Part shown: positions 1-12,170 of the stretch, piece after piece
Layout of the letters: every line of letters begins with the position of its first letter
Numbering within the stretch: position 1 is the first letter of the stretch
NCBI RefSeq assembly: GCF_006345805.1
Contig: NC_043012.1
Coordinates: forward strand, 22,196,001 to 22,260,000
Direction: 5' to 3'
DNA: 64,000 nt
Source: Octopus sinensis
Taxonomy: Eukaryota
The notes under the pieces: model-generated
What the model saw: the letters and a program-made list of their open reading frames with translations, nothing else
The model's database searches: none
What the model was told of the DNA's origin: nothing
Program-made: the position numbers and the translations under genes

Positions 1-182
1 TCTTCGTCGATCAGCTTTCAACGGACAATATGGCCCCTATCAGGAGCGACTCCGGGTTCTTAAGCCAGAATATATAATTTCAAAAACCAGAGTTTTATAA
101 ATAACAGAAGCGGGTTAAGCGTAACGGGTATGTGCCCTCTATGTAGGATCTCTCACAAAAATCCTCTCCTTTTTTGCTATAA

Positions 183-330
183 GGCACAAGGTCTGGAATT
201 TGTGGGAAGAGGCTAGTCCTCAACTGGTATCTACTTCATCGACCCGGAAAGGATGAAAAGCAAAGTCGAGGTCGGCAGGATTTGAACTCAGAACATAAAG
301 ACGGACGAAATACCCGCCAAACATATTTCA
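183..330 (-). mobile_element. Degenerate SINE family 2 copy (tRNA head + Meta/MESC-like domain)
   Basis: Reverse complement resembles the family-2 core (gagttcaaatcc...gactttgcttttcatcctttccgggtcgatgaagtagataccagt). Confidence 0.7.
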
Positions 331-349
331 TAATTATTTTTAGATATTA

Positions 350-770
350 GGCGCAGGAGTGGCTGTGTGGTAAGTAGCTTGCTAACCAACCACATGGTTC
401 CGGGTTCAGTCCCACTGCGTGGCATCTTGGGCAAGTGTCTTCTGCTATTGCCTCGGACCGACCAAAGCCTTGTGAGTGGATTTGGTAGACGGAAACTGAA
501 AGAAGCCTGTCGTATATATGTATATGTATGTGTATGTATATGTTTGTGTGTCTGTGTTTGTCCCTCTAGCATTGCTTGACAACCGATGCTGGTGTGTTTA
601 CGTCCCCGTCACTTAGCGGTTCGGCAAAAGGGACCGATAGAATAAGTACTGGGCTTACAAAAGAATAAATCCCAGGGTCGAGTTGCTCGATTAAAGGCAG
701 TGCTCCAGCATGGCCGCAGTCAAATGACTGAAACAAGTAAAAGAGTAAAAGAGTAAAAGAGTAAAAGAGT
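350..770 (+). mobile_element. Full-length SINE family 1 (tRNA-derived head, CORE-like box, internal TA/TG microsatellite, GTAAAAGA tail)
   Basis: Pol III A-box-like TGGCTGTGTGG and B-box-like GGTTCCGGGTTCAGTCC, cttgggcaagtgtcttct box, (GTAAAAGA)n tail. Near-identical copies at 4274, 9622, 10361, 37657 and 62878. Confidence 0.9.
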
Positions 771-808
771 ACACACCTTGTATTAAATACGGGGAGACGG
801 ATCATAAG

Positions 809-810
<2 letters not shown>

Positions 811-847
<37 letters not shown>

Positions 848-1118
848 CGTGCTTCTTTGTGTTTGTATGTGTCTGTATGTTTATGGAGTTTGTTTGTGTG
901 TGGGCGTATGTTTGTGTATGGGAGTATTGGTGTGTTTTTGTTTCTGTGTCTGTGTGTGCGTGTGTGCAATTTCGCCGACGTGATGCGAAGCAGTGTCCCC
1001 CCCCCCACCTCATAGCTGATTTCTCGAAACCCCTATCGATTCGCCCGACTGCAGTTCTCTCTGTACGCTCACTCGCACACATTCATATATGCGACTGCAC
1101 ATACATAAGAAACGCTCT

Positions 1119-1178
<60 letters not shown>

Positions 1179-1449
1179 CACACACACACACACACTCACG
1201 TTCGTGCACGTAAATGCATGCAGGCTCGCGAACAAATACACATACACGGTGAGGCTCGTGTAAGCGAGCGAACACGTATGCACGAGCGCGCACGCATGTA
1301 TTTGCAAAGCAACCACACACACACATATACACAGACACACACACATATACATTCACAGACGTTCAACCCTTAACTACAATATTAGACAGACAGATAGACA
1401 GACATACGGCTGGCTAGCTAGATGGATGGATGGACGGATAGAGAGAGAA

Positions 1450-1535
<86 letters not shown>

Positions 1536-1603
1536 GGGAGAGAGAGAGAGAGAAATAGATGGATAGATAGATAAATGGAGAGAGAGAGAGATGGATGGAT
1601 TGG

Positions 1604-1672
<69 letters not shown>

Positions 1673-1709
1673 GAGATAGATAGATAGATAGACAGGTACA
1701 GAGAGAGAA

Positions 1710-1781
<72 letters not shown>

Positions 1782-1898
1782 GCATACTTATATATATATA
1801 TATACAGACAGCCAAGCTGTGTTTGTAAAAACACAGACTTACAAGTTAAGCCGGCGGCTGTTGAAATGGGTAACAAGTTGCTGAATCATCAATATCAG

Positions 1899-1957
<59 letters not shown>
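811..1957. repeat. Microsatellite cluster: (GT)n, (CT)n, (CA)n, (GATA)n, (ATC)n
   Basis: Visible tracts at about 811-846, 1123-1175, 1420-1781 and 1899-1957. Confidence 0.95.
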
Positions 1958-2355
1958 GTAACAGCGGCAGTCGCGGCCTCACCATCATCATCACCACCAC
2001 CATAAAAATCATCCTCACAATTTATGACACTGCTGGACTAACGAAGCTACACACACACACGCGTATAAAGTGTATATGTACAAATGCTCGCATGCACATC
2101 TATATATATATTATAATGTATACATGCACAAACACGCGCACACGTATATACACTCTGTATGTATATAAGTAGTGCCCACACACATGTACCAACATGCAGA
2201 CACACACATATATATGTGAGTATGTGTGTGTATATATATATATGAGAAATATAGACATTAGTTCCTTTAAGATACTAACAGATAAGCAAGTATAGATTTT
2301 ATACGGTAAGCTATAAATTCTTTTTCTTTCTCTCTCTCTCTTTCTCTCTCATTCT

Positions 2356-2397
<42 letters not shown>

Positions 2398-2504
2398 AGT
2401 TGAAGAAAATCTAGAGTACAGTTTCAAATCTAAAATAAAGTTAACAACCAATGAACTGGCAAAATTGTTAGTGCGTCGAACTAAATGCTGAGCGGTATAT
2501 CTTC

Positions 2505-3085
2505 GCTAAGGCAGCGAGCTGGGCGAAATGCTTAGCGGTATTTCGTCTGCGTTACGTTGTGAGTTCAAATTCCGCCGAGGTCGACTTTGCCTTTCATCCT
2601 TTCGGGGTCGATAAATTAAATACCAGTTACGAACTGGGGTCGATGTAATCGACTTAATACCTATGTCTGTCCTTGTTTGTTCCCTCTGTGTTTAGCCCCT
2701 TGTGGGTAATAAAGAAATAGGTATTTCGTCTGCGTTACGTTGTGAGTTCAAATTCCGCCGAGGTCGACTTTGCCTTTCATCCTTTCGGGGTCGATAAATT
2801 AAGTACCAGTTACAAACTGGGGTCGATGTAATCGACTTAATACCTATATCTGTCCTTGTTTGTTGCCTCTGTGTTTAGCCCCTTGTGGGTAATAAAGAAA
2901 TAGGTATTTCGTCTGCGTTACGTTGTGAGTTCAAATTCCGCCGAGGTCGACTTTGCCTTTCATCCTTTCGGGGTCGATAAATTAAGTACCAGTTACGAAC
3001 TGGGGTCGATGTAATCGACTTAATACCTATGTCTGTCCTTGTTTGTTCCCTCTGTGTTTAGCCCCTTGTGGGTAATAAAGAAATA
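2505..3085 (+). mobile_element. Young SINE family 2 copy expanded into three tandem 183-bp units, inserted in an older family-2 copy
   Basis: Units start with GGTATTTCGTC at 2537, 2720 and 2903 (period 183). The 11-bp direct repeat GGTATATCTTC at 2494-2504 and 3086-3096 flanks it. The older host copy continues on both sides. Confidence 0.9.
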
Positions 3086-3277
3086 GGTATATCTTCTGCC
3101 TCTTTGCGTTCCATGTTCAAATCTCGCTGAGATTAGGTTTGCCTTTCATTCCTCCAGATTCGAGGCAATAACTACCAATCAAAGATTAGAGTCGCAGTGA
3201 TTTAACCCCCACCACTTCCACTCGGAGGTCAGACCCTCTGCATCTGTTTCAAACTATCTTTTTTTCAAAGGCATTAC

Positions 3278-3491
3278 GGCGGAGAACCTGGCAGAATGGT
3301 TAAGACACCCAACCAGACCAGACGTTCTGCACCATTTCGTCTGTCTTTTTGTTCTGAGTTCAAATTCCGCCGAGGTTGACTTTACTTTTCATCCTTTTAG
3401 TACCAGTTGCACACTGGGGTCACTGTAATCGACTATCCCCCTCCGCCAAATTCCAGGCCTTCTGCCTATAGTAGAAAGGATTATTATTATT
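3278..3491 (+). mobile_element. SINE family 2 copy with (ATT)n-type tail
   Basis: Family-2 head and core followed by aaattccaggccttctgcctatagtagaaaggatt(att)n. Confidence 0.8.
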
Positions 3492-3753
3492 TTAATCGTA
3501 TTTTAACTTGGCATGCGTTACAAAGTGAGCTCGGAGATACCATTTTAACAAAGGGCCATGAGCTTCATGTATAAACACTTATCAAAATTAGATAAGAGTC
3601 ATGCATGAAACTATCGGCTTTGAGTCAAGAGTCGACTTGTAACTTCTGCCGAATACTAATAATAATTCTTTCTACAACGTCTCAGATTTCGAGGGAGTGG
3701 ATAAGTCGATTACACCAACCCTTCTGCTCGACTGGTATTTATTTTATCAACCC

Positions 3754-3987
3754 AAAGGCGGCGAGCTGGCAGAAACGTTAGCACGCCGGGTGAAATGCGT
3801 AGCCGTATTTCGTCTGACGTTACGTTCTGAGTTCAAATTCCGCCGAGGTCGACTTTGCCTTTCATCCTTTCGGGGTCGATTAAATAAGTACCAGTTACGC
3901 ACTGGGGTCGATATAATCGACTTAATCCATTTGTCTGTCCTTGTTTGTCCTCTCTGTGTTTAGCCTCTTGTGGGCAGTAAAGAAATA
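3754..3987 (+). mobile_element. Full-length SINE family 2 copy (Tx1-like tail) nested in an older minus-strand family-2 copy
   Basis: 20-bp TSD with 1 mismatch: GGTATTTATTTTATCAACCC (3734-3753) and GGTATATATTTTATCAACCC (3988-4007). Confidence 0.9.
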
Positions 3988-4158
3988 GGTATATATTTTA
4001 TCAACCCCGAAACGATAAACGTTCTCGTTCGTCGGGAATAGGAAACTGAGTAAGTCTTTGTGATATTTCTGCTGCTTTTAATAAAGCATATTACTCTACC
4101 TCTGGTATTTGAGTACTCGTTTTTCCTCCTTGTTTCACATTTATGTGCTTACTCTGGT

Positions 4159-4191
<33 letters not shown>

Positions 4192-4273
4192 GGGTGTTCG
4201 AGTTAACACTGACAGTTTGCATAAAAGGAAAAGTGAAAACAATAACCCATGCAAGAATAAAAGTATTTTAAAA

Positions 4274-4690
4274 AGGAGTGGCTGTGTGGTAAGTAGCCTG
4301 CTAACCAACCACATGGTTCCGGGTTCAGTCCCACTGCGTGGCATCTTGGGCAAGTGTCTTCTGCTATAGCCCCGGGCCGACCAATGCCTTGTGAGTGGAT
4401 TTGGTAGACGGAAACTGAAAGAAGCCTGTCGCATATATGTATATATATATAAGTGTGTGTGTATAAGTTTGTGTGTCTGTGTTTGTCCCCCTAGCATTGC
4501 TTGACAACCGATGCTGGTGTGTTTACGTCCCCGTCACTTAGCGGTTCGGCAAAAGAGACCGATAGAATAAGTGCTGGGCTTACAAAGAATAAGTCCCGGG
4601 GTCGATTTTCTCGACTAAAGGCGGTGCTCCAGCATGGCCGCAGTCAAATGACTGAAACAAGTAAAAGAGTAAAAGAGTAAAAAGAGAATA
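4274..4690 (+). mobile_element. SINE family 1 copy
   Basis: Near-identical to 350-770. Confidence 0.9.
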
Positions 4691-5068
4691 TCAAAACTGG
4701 ATTACAGCTGGGAGATAGCATTTTACACAAAGCACCCACAATCGCTTTTTGTACATGTAGTAGCAAAGCTCCCCATTTAGGTCTAGCTTCATGGTGGCAA
4801 CTCCAACACCCGTCTCTCTCACCAAATCCGGCATTCCCTTACTCATATCTTCCATTACCTTCTCCTGCAATTGGATGAATTCCGACATGCAGACAACGGC
4901 TTCGTAGTTACCGTTGCAGCTATTCATATCACGTCTTATAGCCTTTACGATGTGTTTACAGAGCATTAAACAGCATTCATGATGTCGGCACTTTGATACG
5001 CGGCTCGAAACGTCATGATACAGGTAACTCTTTCCAACATTCAGGTGGCCTCCAGTCCTCCATAACAT
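4691..5068 (-). other. Unassigned 125-codon non-repetitive ORF
   Basis: From the ORF track. Normal amino-acid complexity with Cys/His clusters and no recognised domain. Could be chance or a decayed Tc1/mariner-type fragment. Confidence 0.15.
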
Positions 5069-5207
5069 TTCCTCAAAAGGAACATTGAAAAATCGTTAAA
5101 TTTAGCCTGATTTTATATAATATATATGTATATGTATATATATATAATATGTATATGTATATATATATAAATTATATGTATATGTATATGTATATATATA
5201 TATACAT

Positions 5208-5611
5208 AGGCGCAAGGTGGCTGTGTGGTAAGTAGCTTGCTAACCAACCACATGGTTCTGGGTTCAATCCACTGCGTGGCATCTGGGCAAGTGTCTTCTG
5301 CTATAGCCCCGGGCCGACCAATGCCTTGTGAGTGGATTTGGTAGCGGAAACTGAAAGAAGCCTGTCGTATATATATATATATATGTGTGGTGTGTGTTTG
5401 TGGTCTGTGTTTGTCCCCCTAGCATTGCTTGACAACCGATGTTGGTGTGTGTTTGTCCCCGTCACTTAGCGGTTCGGCAAAAGCGACCGATATAATAAGT
5501 ACTGGGCTTACAAAAAATAAGTCTCGGGGTCGATTTGCTTGACTAAAGGCGGTGCTCCAGCATGGCCGCAGTCCAATGACTGAAACAAGTAAAAGAGTAA
5601 AAGAGTAAAGA
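5208..5611 (+). mobile_element. SINE family 1 copy with several single-base deletions
   Basis: Aligns end to end with 350-770. Confidence 0.9.
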
Positions 5612-5852
5612 GATATATATCCTGAGCGTCCAATAATACTATACTTGTTCCACGTCCTCGCGTTGTAGTGTTTTCTCTTTGTGTTTTCATGTTTGGATTA
5701 ACTTTATATATATATATATATATAGTAATACCATCTGGTTGATAACTGGTGAATAATTAGGGACCTTCTGTGCCTGGCTCCTGTCCGGTTGTACACTCAA
5801 TATACGTTATACATTTTTTTCACCTGTCGTTCATTTATTTGCAACACATTCT

Positions 5853-5985
5853 TCCATATATATAAGGCTTTGGTCGGCTCGAGGCTATAGTAGAAGACAC
5901 TTGTCAAGGTGTCACACAGTGGGAATGAACCCGGAACCATGTCATTGGTAAGCAAGCTACTTACCACACAGCCACTCCTGTGCCT
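5853..5985 (-). mobile_element. SINE family 1 5' half
   Basis: Reverse complement of the head and CORE-like box. Confidence 0.8.
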
Positions 5986-6553
5986 ATATATATGTATGTA
6001 TACACACACACATACACATACATTTATATATGACGAAATAGATAGTGTGGTGAACGAGGCTAAAATTATTGAAGAAAGACACCTTCCCCTTTTGTCAAAC
6101 CTTCATTGAGTTTTTTTCCTTCATCTCCACGGGAACAAAAAGAGGGAGAAGAAGGAAGTGCTCTCTGTCTCTCTATTCCTCTCTCCGTCCAACCTTTCTT
6201 CCATCCTCCTCTCCCTCTCCCTCTCTCTCTCTCTCTCAATGAATCTATTGAGAAGGTATTTGGCTGCGGCAAAAATGATTAGAGTCAGTGAATCTAGTCT
6301 AAGTAAGCGCTTGTAGATTGAAGAACTAGTGTTGGGCGAGGGCTGTGCATTTGATGGTCTGAATAGTCCTGGATCTGTGGAATTCCTTTATTGGCCAGAG
6401 TTGGAAGTTCTCCTGTATCAGAAGAAACGCAACGTTTATCTATTTACATACTTCTCCCTTTTTTCCCTCCTCTTCTTTTTAGGTAAACTCTTTCACAAAC
6501 TCTAGTGTGATTGTGATGTCTCTCTTACCTATGCCCCAGTGGAAAGTGAAGTA

Positions 6554-7372
6554 TCATCATCATTATTATTATTATTGTATGTTTGACTTTAGCTTTACAT
6601 TCGTACAAGTTGGCTCCAAGTCTCACTCAGAGACCTCAAAAGACAACAAGTTGGAAGTTCATGCTGGTGTTATGCCTAGGGTGCCATGTATTTGGTTTTG
6701 TACTTAGTGTTGTACTAGTGAACGTCTAAAAAAACATACGGAAATTATGTTTGTTTTAAAACTTGATATTACATAGAAAGTATTTTGCGTAGGATATGAG
6801 CAGTTCCCATGAGCACTATCTGTTGAATTTCTGCCATTTTGGGGTTTCCTGGTATCTCAGTTATGTAGCAATCAGCCCCTTTTGCTATCATTCCCGGGGC
6901 ACCTATAACAACAGGCACTGTTTTAGTTTTCAGGTTCCACATTTTGCCATCTCTATTTCAAGATCTTTGTATTTGCTCAGTTTTTGGTAGGTCTTGACAG
7001 ATACGTTTATATCGATTGGGACAGTCATATCAATGAGGAGGCATGTTTTTTGTCTGAAGTCTTTCAATATGATGTCTGGCCTATCTATCTTTCTGGCAGT
7101 TTGAATGGTGAAGTTCCAGAGGAGTGAGATGTGATCATTTCCAAGCACTCGAGGTGATTTGTGTTCCCACCAGTTTTTATCATGGGGCAAGTCTAGGCAT
7201 TTGCAAAGTACCCAGTCAATATATTGTGCAGCTCTATCATGCCTGTTGAGATACTCTGTAGGCGCAAGACTGCACTTGGAGACATGATCAATGGTTTCAT
7301 TTTGTTGTTGACATACACGACATGTTGGGCTACTGCCGTTCTCTAATATGTTGGCCTGGTTGTACCTTGTAG

Positions 7373-7373
<1 letters not shown>
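6554..7373 (-). mobile_element. 5'-truncated R4/Dong-like non-LTR retrotransposon (CCHC knuckle + restriction-like endonuclease C-terminus, 3' UTR, (TAA)n tail)
   Basis: Minus-strand translation gives CRVC..ETIDH...C, RHD, WWEHK, LLWNFTIQT..DRPDIILKD..CLLIDMTVP, then after a frameshift KMWNLKTKTVPVVIGA..LMGTAHILRKILSM* (stop at 6769-6771). These motifs are typical of R4-clade RLE elements. Confidence 0.85.
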
Positions 7374-7428
<55 letters not shown>

Positions 7429-7431
7429 CAC

Positions 7432-7485
<54 letters not shown>

Positions 7486-7486
7486 C
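7374..7486. repeat. (ATT)n microsatellite
   Basis: Direct observation. Confidence 0.95.
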
Positions 7487-7527
7487 AGCTCGACTGCTAC
7501 CTATTTTATCGACCCCGATAAACTGCG

Positions 7528-7864
7528 GCACGCTGGAGTTTAATCGAGCAAATCAATCAAAGAATTTATTTATTTTTGAAGTTTGATACTCTATCGTCCT
7601 GTATTGCCGAACCGCTATGTTTACGGGGCCGTAAACAAAGCAACAGCTGTCGTCAAGAGGTGGAGAGAGACAAACACAAAAAGACACATATGCATGTACA
7701 TATATATATACGACAGGCTTCAACATAGTTTCCACTAACCAAATTTACTGACCAGGCATTGGTCGACCCGAGCCATAGTAGAAGACACTTACCAAGGGTA
7801 CCACGCAGTGAGACTGAACCCAAAACGACGTGGTTGCAAAGTTAACTTCTTAAAACACACGGCC
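7528..7864 (-). mobile_element. Old diverged SINE family 1 copy
   Basis: Degenerate match to the reverse complement of the family-1 head and 3' half. Confidence 0.7.
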
Positions 7865-8419
7865 AAAAAGTCACCTCTTCTACACTTCTAAAATCCATAG
7901 ATCGTCTCCCCCACCGCCAACCACCCACGCAACCTTTGACATCAGCAAACTGCTGGTGAATGCACGCAATACTGGCGCTGAGGTGTTGCCGCCCACGGAA
8001 CACTGATTAAACTGTTGTTCACGGAGAGATCAGTGATGTTCCAAGACTTCTTGCCTCGCTTCATTAAACGATCTTTTACTCAACAAAATGCGAAACCTAT
8101 ATTCTTGGTACACGGCACTCTTACCTTACTTTCAGCGTTTCATCTTCGACCTATTGTTTCTTTTTTTTTTCTTATCAGACAAACAAAAATTTATTCTTTT
8201 TTGTATTTTAGTTTTTGTAATTCAATAGCTAAGATTGCTTTTATTTTCTATGGTTGTTGTTTTTCGCATTTCTTCCATTTTCAAGTTTCATATTTTTCGT
8301 TATATTTATTATTATTATCATTATTATTATTATTATTATTATTGTTATTATGGGGAAAGAGATATTAACAAATTTCGCATCAATTCTGTTTTTGTTTACA
8401 TCTGTATATAAGGCCAAGA

Positions 8420-8962
8420 TAACCTCTCTCTCTTTCTCTCTCATTCCGTCTCTCTCACTCTGTATCTCTTTCTCTCCCACCCTCTCTCTTTCATGCTCTC
8501 TCTTCCCCTCTTTCTCCCTCTCTCTTTCTCGCTCTCTCTTCCTCTCTCCCTCTCTCTCTCCCCCTCTCTACTTTCCCCTTCTTTCCCTCTCTACCTTCCC
8601 CTCTCTACCTTTCCCCCTCTCTCTTCCCCTCTCTATCTTTCTCTCTCTGTCTTCACCTCTCTGTCTTCCCCTCTCTATCTTCCCCTCTCTATCTTCCCCT
8701 CTCTATCTTCCCCTCTTTCTCTTTCCCTGACTCCCCCTCTCTCTTTTCCTCTCTCTCCCTTTTCCTCTCTCTCTCTTTTCCTCTCTCTCTCTTTCCCTTT
8801 CCCTCTTTTCCCCTCTCTCTTCCCCTCTCTCTTTCTTTCTCTTCTCCCCTCTATCTCTCTATTTCTCTCTCTCTCACTATCTCACCTTATCTTCCTCTTT
8901 CCCTCTCTATCCTTCCCTCTTTCTATCCCTTCTCATCTCCCCTCCTCTCTCCCCCTCTCTTA
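8420..8962. repeat. Long polypyrimidine (CT-rich) tract
   Basis: About 540 bp, almost entirely C/T on the + strand, with internal ctctctatcttccc units. Confidence 0.95.
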
Positions 8963-9129
8963 AACGTATGCACACACACACATAAAAAGTACACCCCCTA
9001 CCCATTATCAACCAGGCGTATAAATATCCCGACACGGGTGCCTGCATATAAAACAAGGCTCACAACTAAGGGCCGTGATGAAGAAGCTCACTATGCAACC
9101 ACGTCCCTTCTACTAATGACCACGGCCGA

Positions 9130-9330
9130 CCAATACCGACAGGGGGTGGTGTCGACCCCTGTTGTACTCTTTCGCCACAACTTTCTCTCACTCTCTCTTC
9201 CTGTTTCTTGAGTAACGCTGCGATGGACTGGCGTCCTGTCCAGCTGGGGAGTGGGAACACATACGCCACAGAAACCGGGCTCCTTGAGCCTGGCTAGGCT
9301 TGAAAAGGGGCGAAAGAAAAAACAAAAGAG
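9130..9330 (+). mobile_element. SINE family 3 3' part, tail type b (V-domain-like)
   Basis: tgtactctttcgccacaactttctctcactct followed by cgctgcgatggactggcgtcctgtccag, which resembles the V-SINE domain as I recall it. Confidence 0.7.
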
Positions 9331-9438
9331 AGAGAGAAACAATTCTTTTTCAATCGGGTTGAAAACACTTTTGGACTGAAGAGAATTATTTCACGTTCTA
9401 TCGAAAGTTTACAAAGTTATTATGACGTCATCGACATA

Positions 9439-10250
9439 GGCGTAGGAGTGGTTGTGCGGTAACTAGCTTGCTTACCAACCACGTGGTTACGGGTTCAGTC
9501 CCACTGCGTGGAATCCTTGGACAAGTGTCTTCTACTATAGCCTCGGGCCGACCAAAGCCTCGTGAGTGGATTTGGAAGACGGAAACAGAAAGAAGCCCGT
9601 CGTTTATATATGTGTGTGTATAGGAGTGGCTGTGTGATAAGTAGCTTGTTTACCAACCACATTGTTCCGGGTTCAGTCCCACTGCGTGGCACCTTGGGCA
9701 AGTGTCTTCTACTATAGCCTCGGGCCGACCAAAGCCTTGTGAGTGGATTTGGTAGACGGAAACTGAAAGAAGCCCGTCGTATATATGTATATATATATAT
9801 ATATGCGTGTGTGTGCTTGTGTGTCTGTGTTTGTCCCCCTAGCATTGCTTGACAACCAATGCTACCGTTACTTAGCGGTTCGGCAAAAGAGACCGATAGA
9901 ATAAGTACTGGGCTTACAGAAGACTAAGTCCCGGGGTCGAGTTTCTCGATTAAAGGCGGTGCTCCAGCATGGCCGCAGTCAAATGACTGAAACAAGTAAA
10001 AGAGTAAAGAGTATATATATAATGTGTGTGTGTGTATACGTTTGTGTCTGTATTTATCCCCACCAACATCGCTTGACAACCGATACTTGTGTGTTTACGT
10101 CCCCGTAACCTAGCGGCTCGGCATAAGAGGCCGATAGAATAAGTACTAGGCTAACAAAGAATAAGTCATGGGGTCAATTTGCTCGACTAAAGGCTGTGCT
10201 CCAACATGTCCACAGTCAAATGAGTGAAACAAGTAAAAGAGTATAAGAAT
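9439..10250 (+). mobile_element. Cluster of SINE family 1 pieces: head (9439-9602), near-complete copy (9622-10012), 3' half (about 10040-10250)
   Basis: Direct similarity to 350-770. Confidence 0.85.
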
Positions 10251-10360
10251 ATATATATATGATATGTATATATATATATATACCTGACATTAATGTATAT
10301 ATACATATATATATATATCTGACATTAATGTATATATATATGACGTGTATATATACATAT

Positions 10361-10570
10361 ACTCTTTACTCTTTTACTTGTTTCAGTCATTTGACTGCGG
10401 CCATGCTGGAGCACCGCCTTTAGTCGAGAAAATAGACCCCGGGACTTATTCTTTTGTAAGCCCAGTACTTATTCTATCGGTCTCTTTTGCCGAACCGCTA
10501 AGTGACGGGGACGTAAACACACCAGCATCGGTTGTCAAGCAATGCTAGGGGAACAAACACAGACACACAA

Positions 10571-10617
<47 letters not shown>

Positions 10618-10773
10618 TACGACAGGCTTCTTTCAGTTTCCGTCTACCAAATTCACTCACAAGGCATTGGTCGGCCCGGGGTTATAGCAGAAGACACTTG
10701 CCCAAGATGCCACGCAGTGGGACTGAACCCGGAACCATGTGGTTGGTTAGCAAGCTACTTACCACACAGCCAC
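10361..10773 (-). mobile_element. SINE family 1 copy with 20-bp TSD
   Basis: Reverse complement of family 1. ACGTGTATATATACATATAC occurs at 10343-10362 and 10772-10791. Confidence 0.9.
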
Positions 10774-10802
10774 GTGTATATATACATATACATATATATG
10801 AC

Positions 10803-10843
<41 letters not shown>

Positions 10844-11539
10844 GACGTGTATATATACACATATACATATATATGACGTGTATATATATATATACATGCA
10901 AAATGCTCATGCATATATATTCTTAGATATTTTGATACAACTTCGTCCGTATAAATATATATTTATCTAAATGTATAATCACGTGTGTTTGTGTGTCTAC
11001 ACTCACACACACACACACTCGCATACACTATGTATTTCCACTCAGACATGCATGTACACACTCATGCAATAGTGTTAAATGCCTTCGTAGGTGGTGCATT
11101 CTTACATGCACACGCATTTCACCGAGGAAAATCGAACACCGTTGCATTACGACTTACTTACTTGGAAAGAAGGTGGAATGGCGGCGGCGACGGCGTTAAG
11201 AAGAGGTGGCGGGATGAGGAGGGGGTGATAGAATAGATAGAAAGAAGAAGAAGAAGAAGGAGAAATAATAAAGAATGAGGTGGTGGGGAAGAGAATGAAG
11301 TGCGAATAAGGTTTTGTGAAAAAGAACGGCAAGAATAACATCAACTAGAACACTGACGATTGCACCAGCAACATCAACAACAACAACAGGAATACGAACA
11401 TTATCAATGTGAAGTACAGCGCCAGTAATAACAACAACAACAACAACAACAAACATTCGTTGAAGAAGACAAACTGGAAGATTAAAAGAAATGTCTGTGT
11501 GTGTTTGAGTGTAAATGTGTTTATATATGGATATACATG

Positions 11540-11674
11540 CATAGGTATATATATATATACGTATATGCATATATGTATACATACATATGTTATACACACA
11601 CACACACACACACAGACACAACACACATATTTGTATATATGAATATCAGCGTATTTGAGCTGGTAACAAGTTTG

Positions 11675-11716
<42 letters not shown>

Positions 11717-11769
11717 TATATATATAACATATATATATACATATATATATATATATACATTATATATAT

Positions 11770-11837
<68 letters not shown>

Positions 11838-12081
11838 GCATATATATATATATATATATATGCATATATATATATATGCATTATATATATATATGCATAT
11901 ATATATATATATGAATGTATGTACATACGAGTATGTATATATAAAACAAAACGCATGTTTATGAACATACATTCAAAACAACAGGATGAAACTAATATAT
12001 ATATGCATATATATATATATATATATGTATGCATATATATATATATGTATGCATATATATATATATATACATATATATATA

Positions 12082-12150
<69 letters not shown>

Positions 12151-12170
12151 GAATGTATGTATATATAAAA
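11540..12170. repeat. Compound (TA)/(CA) microsatellite with a duplicated unique island
   Basis: Direct observation. The roughly 70-bp island at about 11913-11995 is repeated at about 12151-12218. Confidence 0.9.

Noticed and set aside
2537-3085. CRISPR-like or satellite array
   Set aside because: The units are near-identical SINE segments with no unique spacers, in a eukaryotic context.
4977-5017. Hammerhead-like GCTCGAAACGTC with tcat/atga flanks
   Set aside because: No CUGANGA core and no stem II; likely coincidence.
7940-8160. Possible exon(s) in a GC-richer island
   Set aside because: Only short frames, no recognisable domain, and weak splice signals.
9070-9130. C/D box snoRNA-like hairpin (GGCCGTGATGA..CACGGCC)
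   Set aside because: No CTGA D box, it is short, and I could not identify an rRNA-complementary guide.
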